In this document: positions 27,385 through 40,324 of the stretch, one piece after another
How positions within the stretch are numbered: the stretch's first letter is position 1
Layout of the letters: every line of letters begins with the position of its first letter
Assembly: GCA_964016885.1 (NCBI GenBank)
Contig: OZ024745.1
Coordinates: forward strand, 125,674,001 to 125,738,000
Origin: Eledone cirrhosa
Lineage: Eukaryota
Length of the DNA stretch: 64,000 nt
Direction: 5' to 3'
Made by a program: the position numbers and the translations under genes
The notes under the pieces: generated by a model
Told to the model about the DNA's origin: nothing
The model's database searches: none
What the model saw: only the letters and a program-made list of their open reading frames with translations

Positions 27385-28182
27385 TCTCTCTATATATAAA
27401 GTTCTCTCTCTCTCTTTGTCTGTTCCTATGCATTCTCAATCGGCTGGACCAAATCAAATCAAATTTTACAAGGTAATAGTATTCCACCCACGAGTTTCAA
27501 CATGTAATTTTAATTTTTATTTGGATTAAAAAAATACATTTTATCTAGAATAACATTTCTATAGTGAATTATAGTGAGAGTGTATGTGTGTGAGTGCATG
27601 TGTGTGTGAGTATATGTGAGTGTATGTGAGAGTGTATATGTGTGAGTGCATGTGTGTCTGTATGTGTGTGTGAGTGTATGTGTGATCACTTTTATTTTCA
27701 TTTTCATTAAAACAATAGAATAAACACCTTTGTCACATTTTGTATATGAATATGTATGTGTCTGTGAGTGTGTGTGTGTGTGTGTGCGCGCGTTCATTAG
27801 GCACGTGATTAAATACACACACACATCTACACATATGTAGCAACTGACACAAATGAAGTGAAAAGCCATGCATGTGTCTGCGTGAATGTATGTCTGTGTG
27901 TGTCTGTCTTCGTATATGTATATGAGAGTGTATGTGTGTGAGTGTGTAGCAACAATTTATTAATTTGGACATCAACAAAAAATTACACAATGAATATTGT
28001 TTGCCCCAAGGATTAACAGATTTTCATTTCTAAATTCTATTATCATTACAATTTTGATATTTTTTTATGAAATATATATATTAAAATAATTATGAGAAAA
28101 AGAAAAGATATCTTCATATTTATTGTTTACTAATCTGAATAAGAACAGCAGTAACCCGGTCAACGCCGGGTAATTCAGCTAG
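27385..28182 (+). mobile_element. Non-autonomous Helitron
   Basis: 5' a|TCTCTCTATATATAAAG; 3' hairpin cccggtcaacgccggg followed by CTAG|t. Confidence 0.75.
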
Positions 28183-29067
28183 TATTATATATACATATAT
28201 ATATATTTTTCCTTTCTTATTTATATTTTGTAACTGCTTTGTATATGCTTTTAAATATATATGTCAATGGCAAATTTGATTGAATCAACATTTTAAATGC
28301 TGCATATTCTATCGGTCCTGAAACAATGTAATTCAAACACAGAAGGTAAAAAGTATATAACAGATTGCCTCCAAACACGAGGCTCAATACTCTATTGTGT
28401 CTACCACTTCATCGTTAGTCAAAGCAATGTCTACGTTTTCTAACGTAGACACAATATCACATATATTTGTGGTTTTATTTTCAATTCTTTAAGTCTAGAA
28501 TATTTGTGTTTACAGCCCTAGCAAAGCCCAATAGGCTTTATATGCACATTGAAAAAAGATTTGCCTCTAGGATTTGATTTACTCCCGAAGACATGGCAAA
28601 TTTCCCCTCGGTAATACTCGAACTTAGAATGAGAAGGGATGTGTCTAAATAACAATGCCTTTAGTTCAGTATTTTTATTGAATCTACTTATTGTAGATTA
28701 TTCTAGCCATTTTGTATACGCCCCGCAAATTATATTTTATTCTATCTATATGTTCTATAAGCTATGTGCGTGTGCGGCTCGTTAGTTACTGGTGTGTTTA
28801 TATTTATTCTCTTTCTTATGTGCTGTCTATTTCTCAAGGCAGCAAGCCAATTAGCCATATCTCTATTTATCTATGCATCTATGTAGCTATCAAACTATCT
28901 TCAATAATGATGTAGACTTGCTGGGTGTTTGTAGAAGCTCTGGCGTGGTTATTATGTTGTAATTACAAAGTCATATGTAGAGACTGCATATAAACTGTCG
29001 AAGAAGATCGGGGGCTTATCACATTTAAAACAGTACTCAATATGTTGGTAGAGTATAAGCATCTTTA

Positions 29068-29158
29068 TTTTATATAGAAATTACTTCCACAGGATTCATT
29101 CACATGAAATCATCCTTGAAACAAATCAAGTCCTGTTGAAGTCATTTCTATATAAAAA
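29068..29158. repeat. Short fold-back beside (TA)n
   Basis: tttatatagaaattacttccacagga / tcctgttgaagtcatttctatataaa; related arms near 10360, 11110 and 60301-60392. Confidence 0.6.
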
Positions 29159-29159
29159 A

Positions 29160-29200
<41 letters not shown>

Positions 29201-29203
<3 letters not shown>

Positions 29204-29525
29204 TGGTTTCCCGGTATTCGCAGGGGTTACGTTCCTAGAGCATCCACGAAGTGTTGAAAACAACGAATATTGGACGTGGTCCATAAAAATGCCTATAAAT
29301 GTCAAAACATAACGTAAAATATAGGCCGGCAGATAAGGTCTATTGTTAATAATTTAGCGTTAAAAAGCGTTTTAAAAAATATATATTACCATGAAAAAAG
29401 CCATTAAAAAATCACGAAAGATATCTACGATTCTGCGAATATGCGGTAGATTCCACGAACAATTATTAGTTAAGTTCTAAGGAAAATTCCGCGAATAGCC
29501 GAGACCGCGAATGCCAGGGGTACTC
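29201..29525. mobile_element. Tigger/pogo-like MITE (copy of 1559-1835)
   Basis: ta-cagtggtttcccggtattcgcaggggttacgttcc ... gcgaatgccaggggtact. Confidence 0.75.
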
Positions 29526-30207
29526 TCTCTCTAAATATATATATATTTACCGTATATATTGGTTGCTAATGTAGGCCAGCAATTTGAGAGGATGTTGAAG
29601 TTGATTAAATCGCTCTCCCTCTACATTTGACTGATAATTTATTTTATATCCCGTGGAATAATAAACTACAAAGTTAACTTCGTAGAGATTTGAACCCAGA
29701 ATATAAAAACCCGAAAGAAATATTTCAAGGTATTTTTTTTTTACGCTCTTCCCATTTTGTTAATCCACAACAATTGAAATAACTCCAGAGTGTTTTTAAT
29801 TCAGAAGGTAAAAGAATGAATCCAAACAGTAAAAAGCATATGATTTGTCGCTTTAAATTATCCGCAATTCACCGTGTACATATAAGAGCAACTCAAACGT
29901 TCTATTATCTTCTTTTTAAGCATTTCATTTAAAACAGTGGTTCACAGAGACACAGATTTTTTCTCCTCATTGCAATTCTTGGTTTCAACTATTTCTCCTC
30001 AATTTTGAATTGTCATCTAGTAATTTATTCTTCAGTGCCAATTAAAACAATTTATAAAAGAAAAAAATGACTTTATTAATTTGCTTTGGGAACTGTTAAC
30101 ACATGATCGCCTTATATTTGAATATACTGGTACTGCATTTGCCAGATGTACACAATGTATAAGGAAAGCTAGGGCTAGGTTAATAATTAAACAAATGACT
30201 ACATCGA

Positions 30208-30414
30208 TAATCCTTTAGCATTTAAACCGGCCATATCCGGCCAGAATTCTCTCGGCTCCACCCAGCTGTTCATACCAACGTTAAGGTATTTTTCTAAAGA
30301 AATAATATAAAAATCTCATAGATTTGATATTATATGAGATAAGGATGTCAGATAAAATGTTTACCACAAAAAGGCAATAGTAAATATAGAGTAATGTAAA
30401 TGCTAAAGGGTTAA
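30208..30414. mobile_element. piggyBac-like MITE
   Basis: taatcctttagcattta ... taaatgctaaagggttaa: TIRs with a TTAA end. Confidence 0.55.
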
Positions 30415-31233
30415 GGCACAAAGAGAAAAGGATTCAACAACTTTTTAATGAACAAAAAGTATTGAAAGATGGTATTTTTGTTCCTTTTAGATTTTTTTTA
30501 AATGTTGCTTATCTTATTTACGGTTATTTCCAAGGAGGGAGTTTTTAACATTCAAAAACAGAGAAAAAAATGGACGCTATACACAGGGTTCTTCGTAAAT
30601 GACAATATTCATAATATAACTGTTACATTTCTATGATCTTATAAACTCCCAAAAGGCACCGGTCATCTAGGTGGGAATAGATATTACTGGCTAGAAACAT
30701 CTCGTCGCTCCCGCTCCAAGCATCGGCAACAATATTGATTTCACGAGTGATTTAATCTTGTACAGTTGAGTTCAGTTCCCCCGTTGAGAATAATTGCCTT
30801 GTGATAGGCATTCTGTCTAGGGTTAGATCTTATTTCTCATACTGCTCTTCTTGCTGGTGTTGGTGTTTAGCTCCAGGTAAGATTTGTGCAAGGAAACGAA
30901 TAATTAAAGGTTTTTTTTAACTAAAGTGATCTCATTTTTTTGTTTTATTTAACATAAGTTAACTCTGGGACAGATGTCTTCGTTGGCTCATTAAAAGAGA
31001 AGTGTTGACAACATTCTTATAGTTTTTAGAACTAAATCTACCTAAAAAGACATGCAAACTGGTATATTCGCATGTGATTTAATATGAGATATGTCAGAAC
31101 ACTCAAATTAAAAGTGGATATAAGAGATTTTGCGTGTATTTTAAATGGGTAAAAAAACACTTGTGTATAATTTCCTTCTGTTTCAATATACACTCTTGTT
31201 TTAAAAAGACTTAAAAACACATACACACAAGAT

Positions 31234-31275
<42 letters not shown>

Positions 31276-31407
31276 CACAACAGAAGTCCGACGAGCTTTT
31301 GATTCCGCAGTCGGGCTAGATCGATACAGATCAAACTTTGAGCTGATCAAGTGCGAAACACGCGTGACTACTCAATAAACGCAATGAAGACATAACAAAT
31401 CGTCCTT

Positions 31408-32313
31408 TTTGTGATCGGTAGAAACTCCACCTTGGCGTTCTATAGAGGATTAGTGGAGGGGAAGAGCGACGGCGTACTTGGGGAAACTCTAGGCGTCGAC
31501 GAAAATCAACTAGCCAATCTCTTCGGGCCGGGACCTATGGACAACTTCCAGAAATCCCTGCCTGGCAGTGCTACCGAGGAGCTTTACCAGTTCGGCATAA
31601 ACTCTACAGGCATGCAAGTGCCGTCAGTCGGACATGTCCGAGATGCGCGCAGGGCGACGAAACCGTCCTGCACGCACTCGTCCAGTGTCCGAGCATTGCT
31701 GACTTGTGGGTTTATGTCGACCACCTGCTGTCGCGTGTAGAACAGATCCGGCTATCAGCTGAGTCCATCGTGAGGATTGCCCCGCTCTCTTCCTTTAGCC
31801 GGAAAGGGCAGGCAGTTTTTATCTGTCTGGTGGCCAAGGCGAAAGAGATAGTATGGTGGACGCGTCTGAAAGGGCTGAAGACGAGCACTTACCACTTCGG
31901 TGATGCACTGATGAACTTTTTCAAATTTCATTTAAAAAGGAAAATCAGGGTAGAGAGGGAAGTGCTCTTTTCCCAGCATTTTGTTGAAAGATGGATGAGA
32001 GAGGCAAGCATGGCCCGAGTGAATGGCCTACTCTGAGTATGTGTCTGTAAATTGAAGGTGGAAAACTGGGAGAGGGCACTTGGCCTGGAGGTCAGGGTCA
32101 CCGTGGCTTTTTTAATGGTTTTTCTCCACGAATGTCCCTCGGAGGTCTCCCCCTATTGGGGAATTTTTCATTGTTTCTTTTTTTGTTACATCCTCTGTTT
32201 TTTTTTACACGCAGAAATGCCCATTTGTACCGTCCTGTATTTTCCTGTACTGTCCTTAATGTCTTACTTTGTGTAAACCCTTGTGGTTAATAAAGAAATC
32301 ATTATTATTATTA
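31408..32313 (+). mobile_element. 5'-truncated L1/Tx1-like LINE (zinc-finger region, ORF2 C-terminus, 3' UTR)
   Basis: TCPRCAQGDETVLHALVQCP (CCHC finger), VAKAKEIVWWTR...FVERW, then a T-rich UTR ending cccttgtggttAATAAAgaaatc(att)n. Confidence 0.85.
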
Positions 32314-32395
32314 TACATATATATACACCATACATACACACATATATGTATATATATATAAATATATATATATATATACACCACACACACACACA

Positions 32396-32437
<42 letters not shown>

Positions 32438-32559
32438 TATATATACATATATATACACCACACATACACACATATATGTGTGTGTATATATATATAAGCA
32501 GCAGACGAAACAATTAAGTGGCTGCTTGTCGTTAAAATGCCGTTAATGTCAAACATTAT

Positions 32560-32885
32560 TACAGACGTTTCCTTATCAGACTGGCTTGGTAATTTCAAGT
32601 TCAAGTACGACTGATCTGCACTCATTCGCAACGAACAACAATCCAAATATCCAAAATATATGTCAGAGACGCTGCGTGAAAGAATTTATATGGTGAAGCT
32701 GCGTAGATGGCAGAATAAAAAAAAAATGTAAAGCTTTTTGCAAGTCTCGAGATTAATCAGCCCGATGCATATCTCGGTGATCTGTTGACAGAGGTCCCGG
32801 GATCATTTTATATACACTCATTAATGGGTTGTATTGACTCTGTGTTTCGGCCCTTGTGGCCAATAAAAAAATTATTATTATTACT
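32560..32885 (+). mobile_element. Older LINE 3' end of the same type
   Basis: Ends ggcccttgtggccaataaaaaa(att)n like the 32275-32313 terminus. Confidence 0.45.
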
Positions 32886-32987
32886 ATTTATCTTTTACCC
32901 TTTCTGTGGTATTTAAATGTAAATATATAATTATTCGTTTGCCTCTCCAACCCCTTAAATAAAAACATTAATATATATAAATATAAA

Positions 32988-33175
32988 GGCGGTGGATTTG
33001 CAGTATTGGTAGAGGGTCGGACACCATGCTTTGTAGCATAGAGTTACCTCCCTTTATGATCTGAGTTCAAATCCCGCCGAGGTTAACTTTACCTTTCATC
33101 CTTACGGGGTCGATAAAATAAAGTACCAGTAATGCACTGGGTAATTTATGGCCTTGTGCCAAAAGTAGAAACAAT
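32988..33175 (+). mobile_element. MetaSINE, full length
   Basis: ggcggtggatttgcagtattggt head, gagttcaaatccc B-box, Meta core; flanking direct repeat taatatatataaatat. Confidence 0.9.
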
Positions 33176-33189
33176 TAATATATATAAAT

Positions 33190-33378
33190 ATTGTTTCTAC
33201 TTTTGGCACAAGGCCGGCAATTATACCAGTGCATTACTGGTACTTTATTTTATCGAACTCGTAAGGATGAAAGGCAAAGTTAACCTCGGCGGGATTTGAA
33301 CTCAGAACGCAAAGGGCCACAACTCTATGCTGTAAAGCATGGTGTCTGACGCTCTACCTATGCTGCCAATTCACCGCC
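33190..33378 (-). mobile_element. MetaSINE, full length, tail-to-tail with the previous copy
   Basis: Reverse complement of the consensus, 14 bp from the previous copy. Confidence 0.9.
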
Positions 33379-33904
33379 GTAAATATTAATATATAGAAAG
33401 ATCCCCAGTTTAGATGTGTCTTTATACATAAAAACCTGCATATCTGAGGAGATGTCGAAAAAGAGTCGGGCTCGGGTCATTATGATTGTACCCTGAGCTC
33501 AAATCGATATTGAAACTTTTGTAATATTGCCAATAAAGGTTTTACATAGGCTGCAACACCGACCTCGATTCTAAGTACTTAATTTACTCTCTGTACATTA
33601 CAGCTGCCTTAACTCTGGACTATAACCCGACACAGGACTGAACTCGTAACAGCAGTGACTAATTCGAACGGCACGCTGCTTGTAACTGTAGCTAAACGCC
33701 TAACACACACACACACACACACACACGCGCGTGCGGTGCGTATATATATATGCGTGTGTGTGTGTGTGTGTGTTAGGCATACACACACACACACACCACA
33801 GGCTTCCACACAGATTCCTTCTGCCAAATTTTACTCACAAAGCATTGGAAGTGAATTGTTAACCATCACCAATGTCGACGCCTATGTGCACTTATGTCTA
33901 CTAT

Positions 33905-35235
33905 ACCTACCTGGCAAGCCACATACCTACCTATATACGTATGTATGTACCTACCTACCTACGTATGTATGTACCTACCTACCTACCTACCAACCTACCT
34001 ACGTATGTATGTACCTACCTACCTATATACGTATGTATGTACCTACCTATATACGTATGTACCTACCTACCTACGTATGTATGTACCTACCTACCTACTA
34101 CGTATGTATGTACCTACCTACCTATATACGTATGTATGTACCTACCTACCTATATACGTATGTATGTACCTACCTACCTACCTACGTATGTATGTACCTA
34201 CCTACTTACCTACGTATGTATGTACCTACCTACCTACCAACCTACCTACCTACCTACGTATGTATGTACCTACCTACCTACCTACGTATGTATGTACCTA
34301 CCTACCTACCTACGTATGTATGTACCTACCTACTTACCTACGTATGTATGTACCTACCTACTTACCTACGTATGTATGTACCTACCTACTTACCTACGTA
34401 TGTATGTACCTACCTACTTACCTACGTATGTATGTACCTACCTACCTACCTACCAACCTACCTACCTACCTACCAACCTACCTACCTACCTACGTATGTA
34501 TGTACCTACCTACCTACCTACGTATGTATGTACCTACCTACTTACCTACGTATGTATGTACCTACCTACCTATATACGTATGTATGTACCTACCTACCTA
34601 CCTACGTATGTATGTACCTACCTACCTACCTACGTATGTATGTACCTACCTACTTACCTACGTATGTATTTACCTACCTACCTACTACGTATGTATGTAC
34701 CTACCTACCTACCTACGTATGTATGTACCTACCTACCTACCTACGTATGTATGTACCTACCTACCTACTACGTATGTATGTACCTACCTACCTACTACGT
34801 ATGTATGTACCTACCTACTTACCTACGTATGTATGTACCTACCTACCTATATACGTATGTATTTACCTACCTACCTACTACGTATGTATGTACCTACCTA
34901 CCTACCTACGTATGTATGTACCTACCTACTTACCTACCTACCTACCTACCTACCTACCTACCTACCTACCTACCTACCTACCTACCTACCTACCTACCTA
35001 CCTGCGTACCTACCTACCTACCTACCTACCTACCAACCTACGTATGTATGTACCTACCTACATACTTATCTTCTTCCTTCTCTAGCGACCTACCTACTTA
35101 CCTCCCATCTCCGCTACCTTGCTACCTATTTACGTTCCTACCTACCTACACACCATCCAGCCTACCCATCTACCTACCTACCTACCTACCTACCTACACA
35201 CCATCCCACCTACCAAACTATCTACCTTCCAACTT
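33905..35235. repeat. Compound tetranucleotide satellite (ACCT)n/(ATGT)n
   Basis: Alternating acct runs and acgtatgtatgt blocks; source of the stop-free ORFs in all three plus frames. Confidence 0.95.
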
Positions 35236-35326
35236 ACCAATGTATCTGTTTTTCTATTTATTATTCTACCCACTCAGATAAATATCTCATCTTATAGTAT
35301 CTCTCTTGACTGATTGTCTACAAATA

Positions 35327-35510
35327 ATTGTTTCTACTTTTGGCACAAGGCCAGCAATTTTCTCAGTATATTACTGGTACTTTATTTTAGCGACCCCGTA
35401 AGGATGAAAGGCAAATTTAACCTCGGCGGAATTTGAAGTCAGACCATAAAGGGCCGTAACTCTTTGCAGCAAAGCAATTCGTCAGACTCTTTACCGATAC
35501 CGCCAATCCA
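35327..35510 (-). mobile_element. MetaSINE
   Basis: Consensus match. Confidence 0.88.
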
Positions 35511-35950
35511 AAATAATATCTATCCTTCTATCTGTCTGATATTTATCAACTGTTTTTCTGTCTGTCTTTCTCCCCCCCCCCCCTCACTCTGGATTCTTTT
35601 TTAGTATATCGTGTCGAAAATCTGAACTCATGAGTATATATGAATATATACTTATGTTGTTTATTCCAGCGGTAGCAATGGATTGGTTGACTCGTTAGAT
35701 TGTCGGACCAAAAGCTTTGCAGGATTAAGCTATGGCTCTTCAAACTCAGAGTTAAGATATCTCGCAGAGGTCAACTTTGCCTTTCGAGTCGATAAAATAA
35801 AGTGCCAGTCAAGTAACCACTGGTGGTCGATTAATACGACTTACCCCCTACCCGAAATTATTGGAAATTAGAAACCATTGTTATTCCAGGGTAGATTCTG
35901 GCTAATTAGGTCCTACAACCGAAGACGTTTCGTCTGTACTCACCCAATAT

Positions 35951-36441
35951 CTTTAAATATGTACCGTATTCAAAAATGCTTTATTTTACATATTATACAT
36001 ATGTAGCGAAATCAACACCGGATGAGAGAGCCCGACGTTTCGTCATTATATAAAGCTTGTGGATTGGCAGTATCGGTAGAGAGTCGGACGCCATGCTTTG
36101 CAGCATGAAGTTATGGCGCTTTACGGTCTGAGTTCAAATCCCACCGAGGGTAACTTTGCGTTTCATCCTTACGGGGGTCGATAAAATAACGTACCAGTAA
36201 TGTACTGATATAATTGCTGGTCTTGTGCCAAAAGTAGAACCAATTATATAAAGCTTGTTTATTGACCGAGTCATTCTTACAAAAAAGGCAACCTCTTATC
36301 CATTGTTCAGTTCGTCAAGGTCAGTATGTTGATCGGGTCATCACCTCGAAAAACAATGGAAAACTCTCATCCGGTGTCGATTTCGCTACATATGTATAAT
36401 AACTAAAATAAAGCATTTTTGAATACGGTACATATTTAAAG
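35951..36441. mobile_element. Element with ~78-bp terminal inverted repeats, interrupted by a SINE
   Basis: ctttaaatatgtaccgtattcaaaaatgc..ccggatgagag / ctctcatccgg..gcatttttgaatacggtacatatttaaag. Confidence 0.7.
36060..36245 (+). mobile_element. MetaSINE with target-site duplication
   Basis: Flanked by attatataaagcttgt on both sides. Confidence 0.9.
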
Positions 36442-37629
36442 ACCTGCACACTTTCATTGAGACACTAGCTCGTTGGCATTGTCAGCGTGCTGGCAAGGTC
36501 ACACATGCCTAAATCAATGAAGGCTAGTAAATTTATAATTTCATATCATTTCATTTCTCACACAATTAACAACGATCTGACAACACTCATTCAAATACCA
36601 AACTATCAAAAGCATACATTGTATTTTCTCTATTCTTTCTGGGTTTTTTTCTTCTAATGAATCGTATGATCTCAAAGTATTTCATGCCTCAAAATAAAAC
36701 ATAAAATTAACGATGACTGCTCATTTGTAATTTTATACGAATGTGATTGAAGAAAATTGCTTTCCCCACGGCAACAAGGCAACTTCTCTCGACCATGGTA
36801 AGTATCACAGCTACAATTCTTCTGATTCAATCGGACACACATTTCACGTACTTACCATGGACTCAACCAATCATCTATTGCTTATCACCACAATCACAAT
36901 AAACAAACAATATCATTCATATCCCGCTAAATATGTGCCTGTTCTCGTTAAGAAGTGATTTGAAGGAGCTTCCGTTATTTCCAGCGGCTCAAGTAATCAA
37001 GCAGAAGTTCCTTCTTTAGCATTTTGTACTTACATACATGTGTTTATGTCTACGGACATAAACATGCACACACACACGCATATGGGTGTGTGTGTGTGTG
37101 TGTATGTGTGTGTGTGTGTATGTGTGTGTATGTGTCTGTGTGTCTGTGTGTGTGTGTGCGTGCGTGCGCGTGCGTGTGTGTGTACAAAAAAAGAATCAAT
37201 GAGACTAATTGGGGTGTGTGTTAGAAGAAATTACATTTGATTGCGAAGTTTAAAGTTCCTGAAGTCCATATGGCATTGGGACAGGAGATTCCAACGTTTC
37301 AAACAAAGTCCCTCTTGAGAGAGAAGGGGGAGAAGGAGAGGGTGAAGCAGAGAGATAGAGAAAAGGAGAGAGGGAGAATGGGAGAAGATGTTTTCCTCTA
37401 TTCGTAGACCACGATGTGGAGGATAAGAAATAGCAGACAAAAGTGGTAACATATATAGGAGGAAAGTGGTATGAAAAGAAAACTGTTGGACGAGAGAGGG
37501 GGTAGAACAGAAATAGGGACATGTTAAGGTGAATAGAGATTTAAAGGGACCATGAAAAGTTAGGGTGGTATTGGTTGGTCAGCGTGTAACAGTGTCTTTG
37601 TTTGTCAGGTCAGTGATAATAGCACAGTT

Positions 37630-37790
37630 GCACTTCGGGCCGAGAGGCCAAACTCTCCAAATATCGCTCGCTCTCCGATAGGTTTGCTGTCGAGCTTGTA
37701 GCAGTGGAGACTTCTGGTGTCCTTGGCCATAGCACCGCCTCCCTACTCTTCCAGCGCGTCTGCCTCCGGGGAAACGCGTGGGCTCCCATT
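37630..37790 (+). mobile_element. RLE-type (CRE-like) non-LTR fragment
   Basis: EAKLSKYRSLSDRFAVELVAVETSGVLG..LFQRV..RGNA. Confidence 0.7.
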
Positions 37791-39047
37791 TGCTCATAAT
37801 AGTGAGAGACGGGAAGAGTGACAGAGAAGGAGGCAGTGACAGTGGGAGTTTGGTTCCTTTATGTTTGGACCTGATATGTATGTATATGTTTATTTACCGC
37901 ACTTTATACACATTTTTATCTTATTTCCAATATTATAGTATGCATCACCGAGATTTCAAATCGTCATCATTATAGCTTCGAAATTAAGCAATGGCAGCAA
38001 CAATAACGACAACAACAACAGCAATAACAGCAGCGTTAAGTATGACGATGATAACAATAAGAATAACAACAACGATGGCAAAAAGACAACAACAATAATT
38101 ACATCATCAACGTTAATATCATCACCATAGCTTCGAAATTAGCCAAAAACAATCACAACAACTACAATTAGAGCTATGACAACAACAGAGGCCACAAGGG
38201 CAACACCTTAGTATTTGGAGACACGTAAACAGACAGACAGACAGACAGGCATTAAAATATGCCGTTCAGACAGCGTCAACAAACAGCTGTTTCAGACAAG
38301 ACCGTTGAACATCCGGTACAAACAGCTAACAGACTAACTTCGGCCCCTACCATTCCCCATCTCTTCCTCTCAGCACCCTATGATGTGTTTTTGTTGTCAG
38401 TCAGTAGAGGGTGTTCTAAAGACCTTATTTAACCACCCCTTCCTTACCAGAAACACAACCATCTGATCCTCACTGCCTTAGACATCAACCATCAAAGTTG
38501 AACATCAAATATCAGTTGAGATAGGTCTGTTCAAATAGGGCTGACCTAGGACTAAACAACAAGAAGCAAAAAAACGTTAGAGAGACATAGGATAAAAGAA
38601 AAAAGATCCCATAACTCCTTCTGGAGTCGTAGAGGCACCGTCAAACGGTGGGTCTAGGGCACTTTTAAACCTGGCGTAGGCCAACCCTCTCCAGGTCTGA
38701 ACGCAGCCGATTTTCTCTATAGAGGAAGAATCAACCCCAGTACAGGACTCGTAATTTTTTTTTCTCGACTTCGAAAGGATGAAAGGCAAAGTTGAGCGCG
38801 GCGGGATTTGAACTCAGAGCGTGCAATGAGGTGGAGCGAATACCGTAAAGTATTCTATCCGACGTCTTAACGACCCTGCCTATAGGAAGGACATAGGTCC
38901 ACACAAACAGTTAATGGGCTTACAAACAACCAAGAGTGGAGTCGTTAGAGAGGAAAACAAAATGCTTTGTTACTCTGAGTTCAAATCCCTGGTGAAATCA
39001 ACAATGACTTTTCGGGATTGATAAAAAAATAATGTATAAGTCTAGGA

Positions 39048-39373
39048 TGGTAAATTATTCGCAGTATTGGTAGAGAGTCCGGCGCCATGCTTTGAAGCAT
39101 AGGTTTGTGGCCCTTTACGATCTGAGTTCAAATCCTGCCAAGGATAACTTTGCCTTTCATCATTACGGGGTCGATAAAATAAAGCACCAGTAATGTACTG
39201 GGGTAATTGCTGGCCTTGTACCAAAAGTAGTAACAATTATTAGAGTTCCTTTACGGTCCGAGTTGAAATCCCGCTGAGGTTAACTTTGCCTTTCATTCTT
39301 ACGGGTTCGATACAATAAAGTACCAGTAATGCACTGGAGTAATTGCTGGCCTTGTGCCAAAAGTAGTAACAAT
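39048..39373 (+). mobile_element. Tandem MetaSINEs (one near full, one 5'-truncated)
   Basis: Both end in the variant aaaagtagtaacaattattagagt. Confidence 0.85.
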
Positions 39374-39809
39374 TATTAGAGTATCCGACTCTGTAATAAG
39401 TGTTCCGTATCTTTGCGTCCTGTATTCAAACCCGACTGTTGCCTAATTGTGTTTTAAGGCTTAATCCATGGCTTGGTTTTATAATAACACTTGGCCTTGG
39501 AGAAGCTTAGTGGAGTGCTTTTTCTGGCATCATTAAGACCAGGGCAACGTCTCTTTCCTTCTCATCAATTTCGGAGCTTCTAAACCAAGGACACGAGCAA
39601 TACACTTCCGTTCCTTTCTAACTAAACAGTAACAAAAATACAGACGGTGGAATGACAATAGACATACTACACCCCGACAGACAGTGGGATATAAACAATT
39701 ATTATATAAGTGTGTGGAGTAAGTTGCTGAGTTTGCTGTAGGCCTGTTACTGGAGACAGGAGGCTAATGGGAGGGCAGGCCATAGTGGTGGTCGTGGTGA
39801 TGGTGGGGA

Positions 39810-39857
<48 letters not shown>

Positions 39858-39860
39858 CAA

Positions 39861-39899
<39 letters not shown>

Positions 39900-40135
39900 T
39901 AGCAGCAACAGAAGTAGCAGTAGTAGTAGTAACAGTAGTAATAGTAGTAGTAGTAGTAGCAACAGCAGCAGCAGCAACAACAGCAGCAGCAGTAGCAGCA
40001 GCAGTAGTAGTAGTAATAGTAGTAGTAGTAGCAGCAGCAACAGCAGTAGCAGTAGTAGTAGTAACAGTAGTAATAGTAGTAGTAGTAGTAGCAGCAGTAG
40101 CAGTTTTAGTAGCAGTAGCAGCAGTAGTGGTAGTA
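39810..40135. repeat. (TAG/CAG)n trinucleotide repeat
   Basis: Direct reading. Confidence 0.95.
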
Positions 40136-40324
40136 GGTTAGAAGGAGGTAAGGTGTTGAAGTGACAGGGAAGACTGAAGGGGGTCTGCTGCAACTAGTGA
40201 GGCCCAGGGGTGATAGTCAGAGTATGGGTGTGCAGTAGGAATGACGGGAGGAGAGATGTTGGTATAAGTGTGGGAATGGTTGAGTGAGTGAGTGTGAGTG
40301 ACAGACTGAGTAAGTGAGAGTGTG

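Noticed and set aside
32988-33080. tRNA genes
   Set aside because: The A/B boxes belong to multi-copy SINE heads that continue into a shared body; no convincing cloverleaf.
33655-35297. 467-476 aa ORFs in all three plus frames
   Set aside because: Translations of a stop-free ACCT/ATGT satellite; no protein-like complexity.
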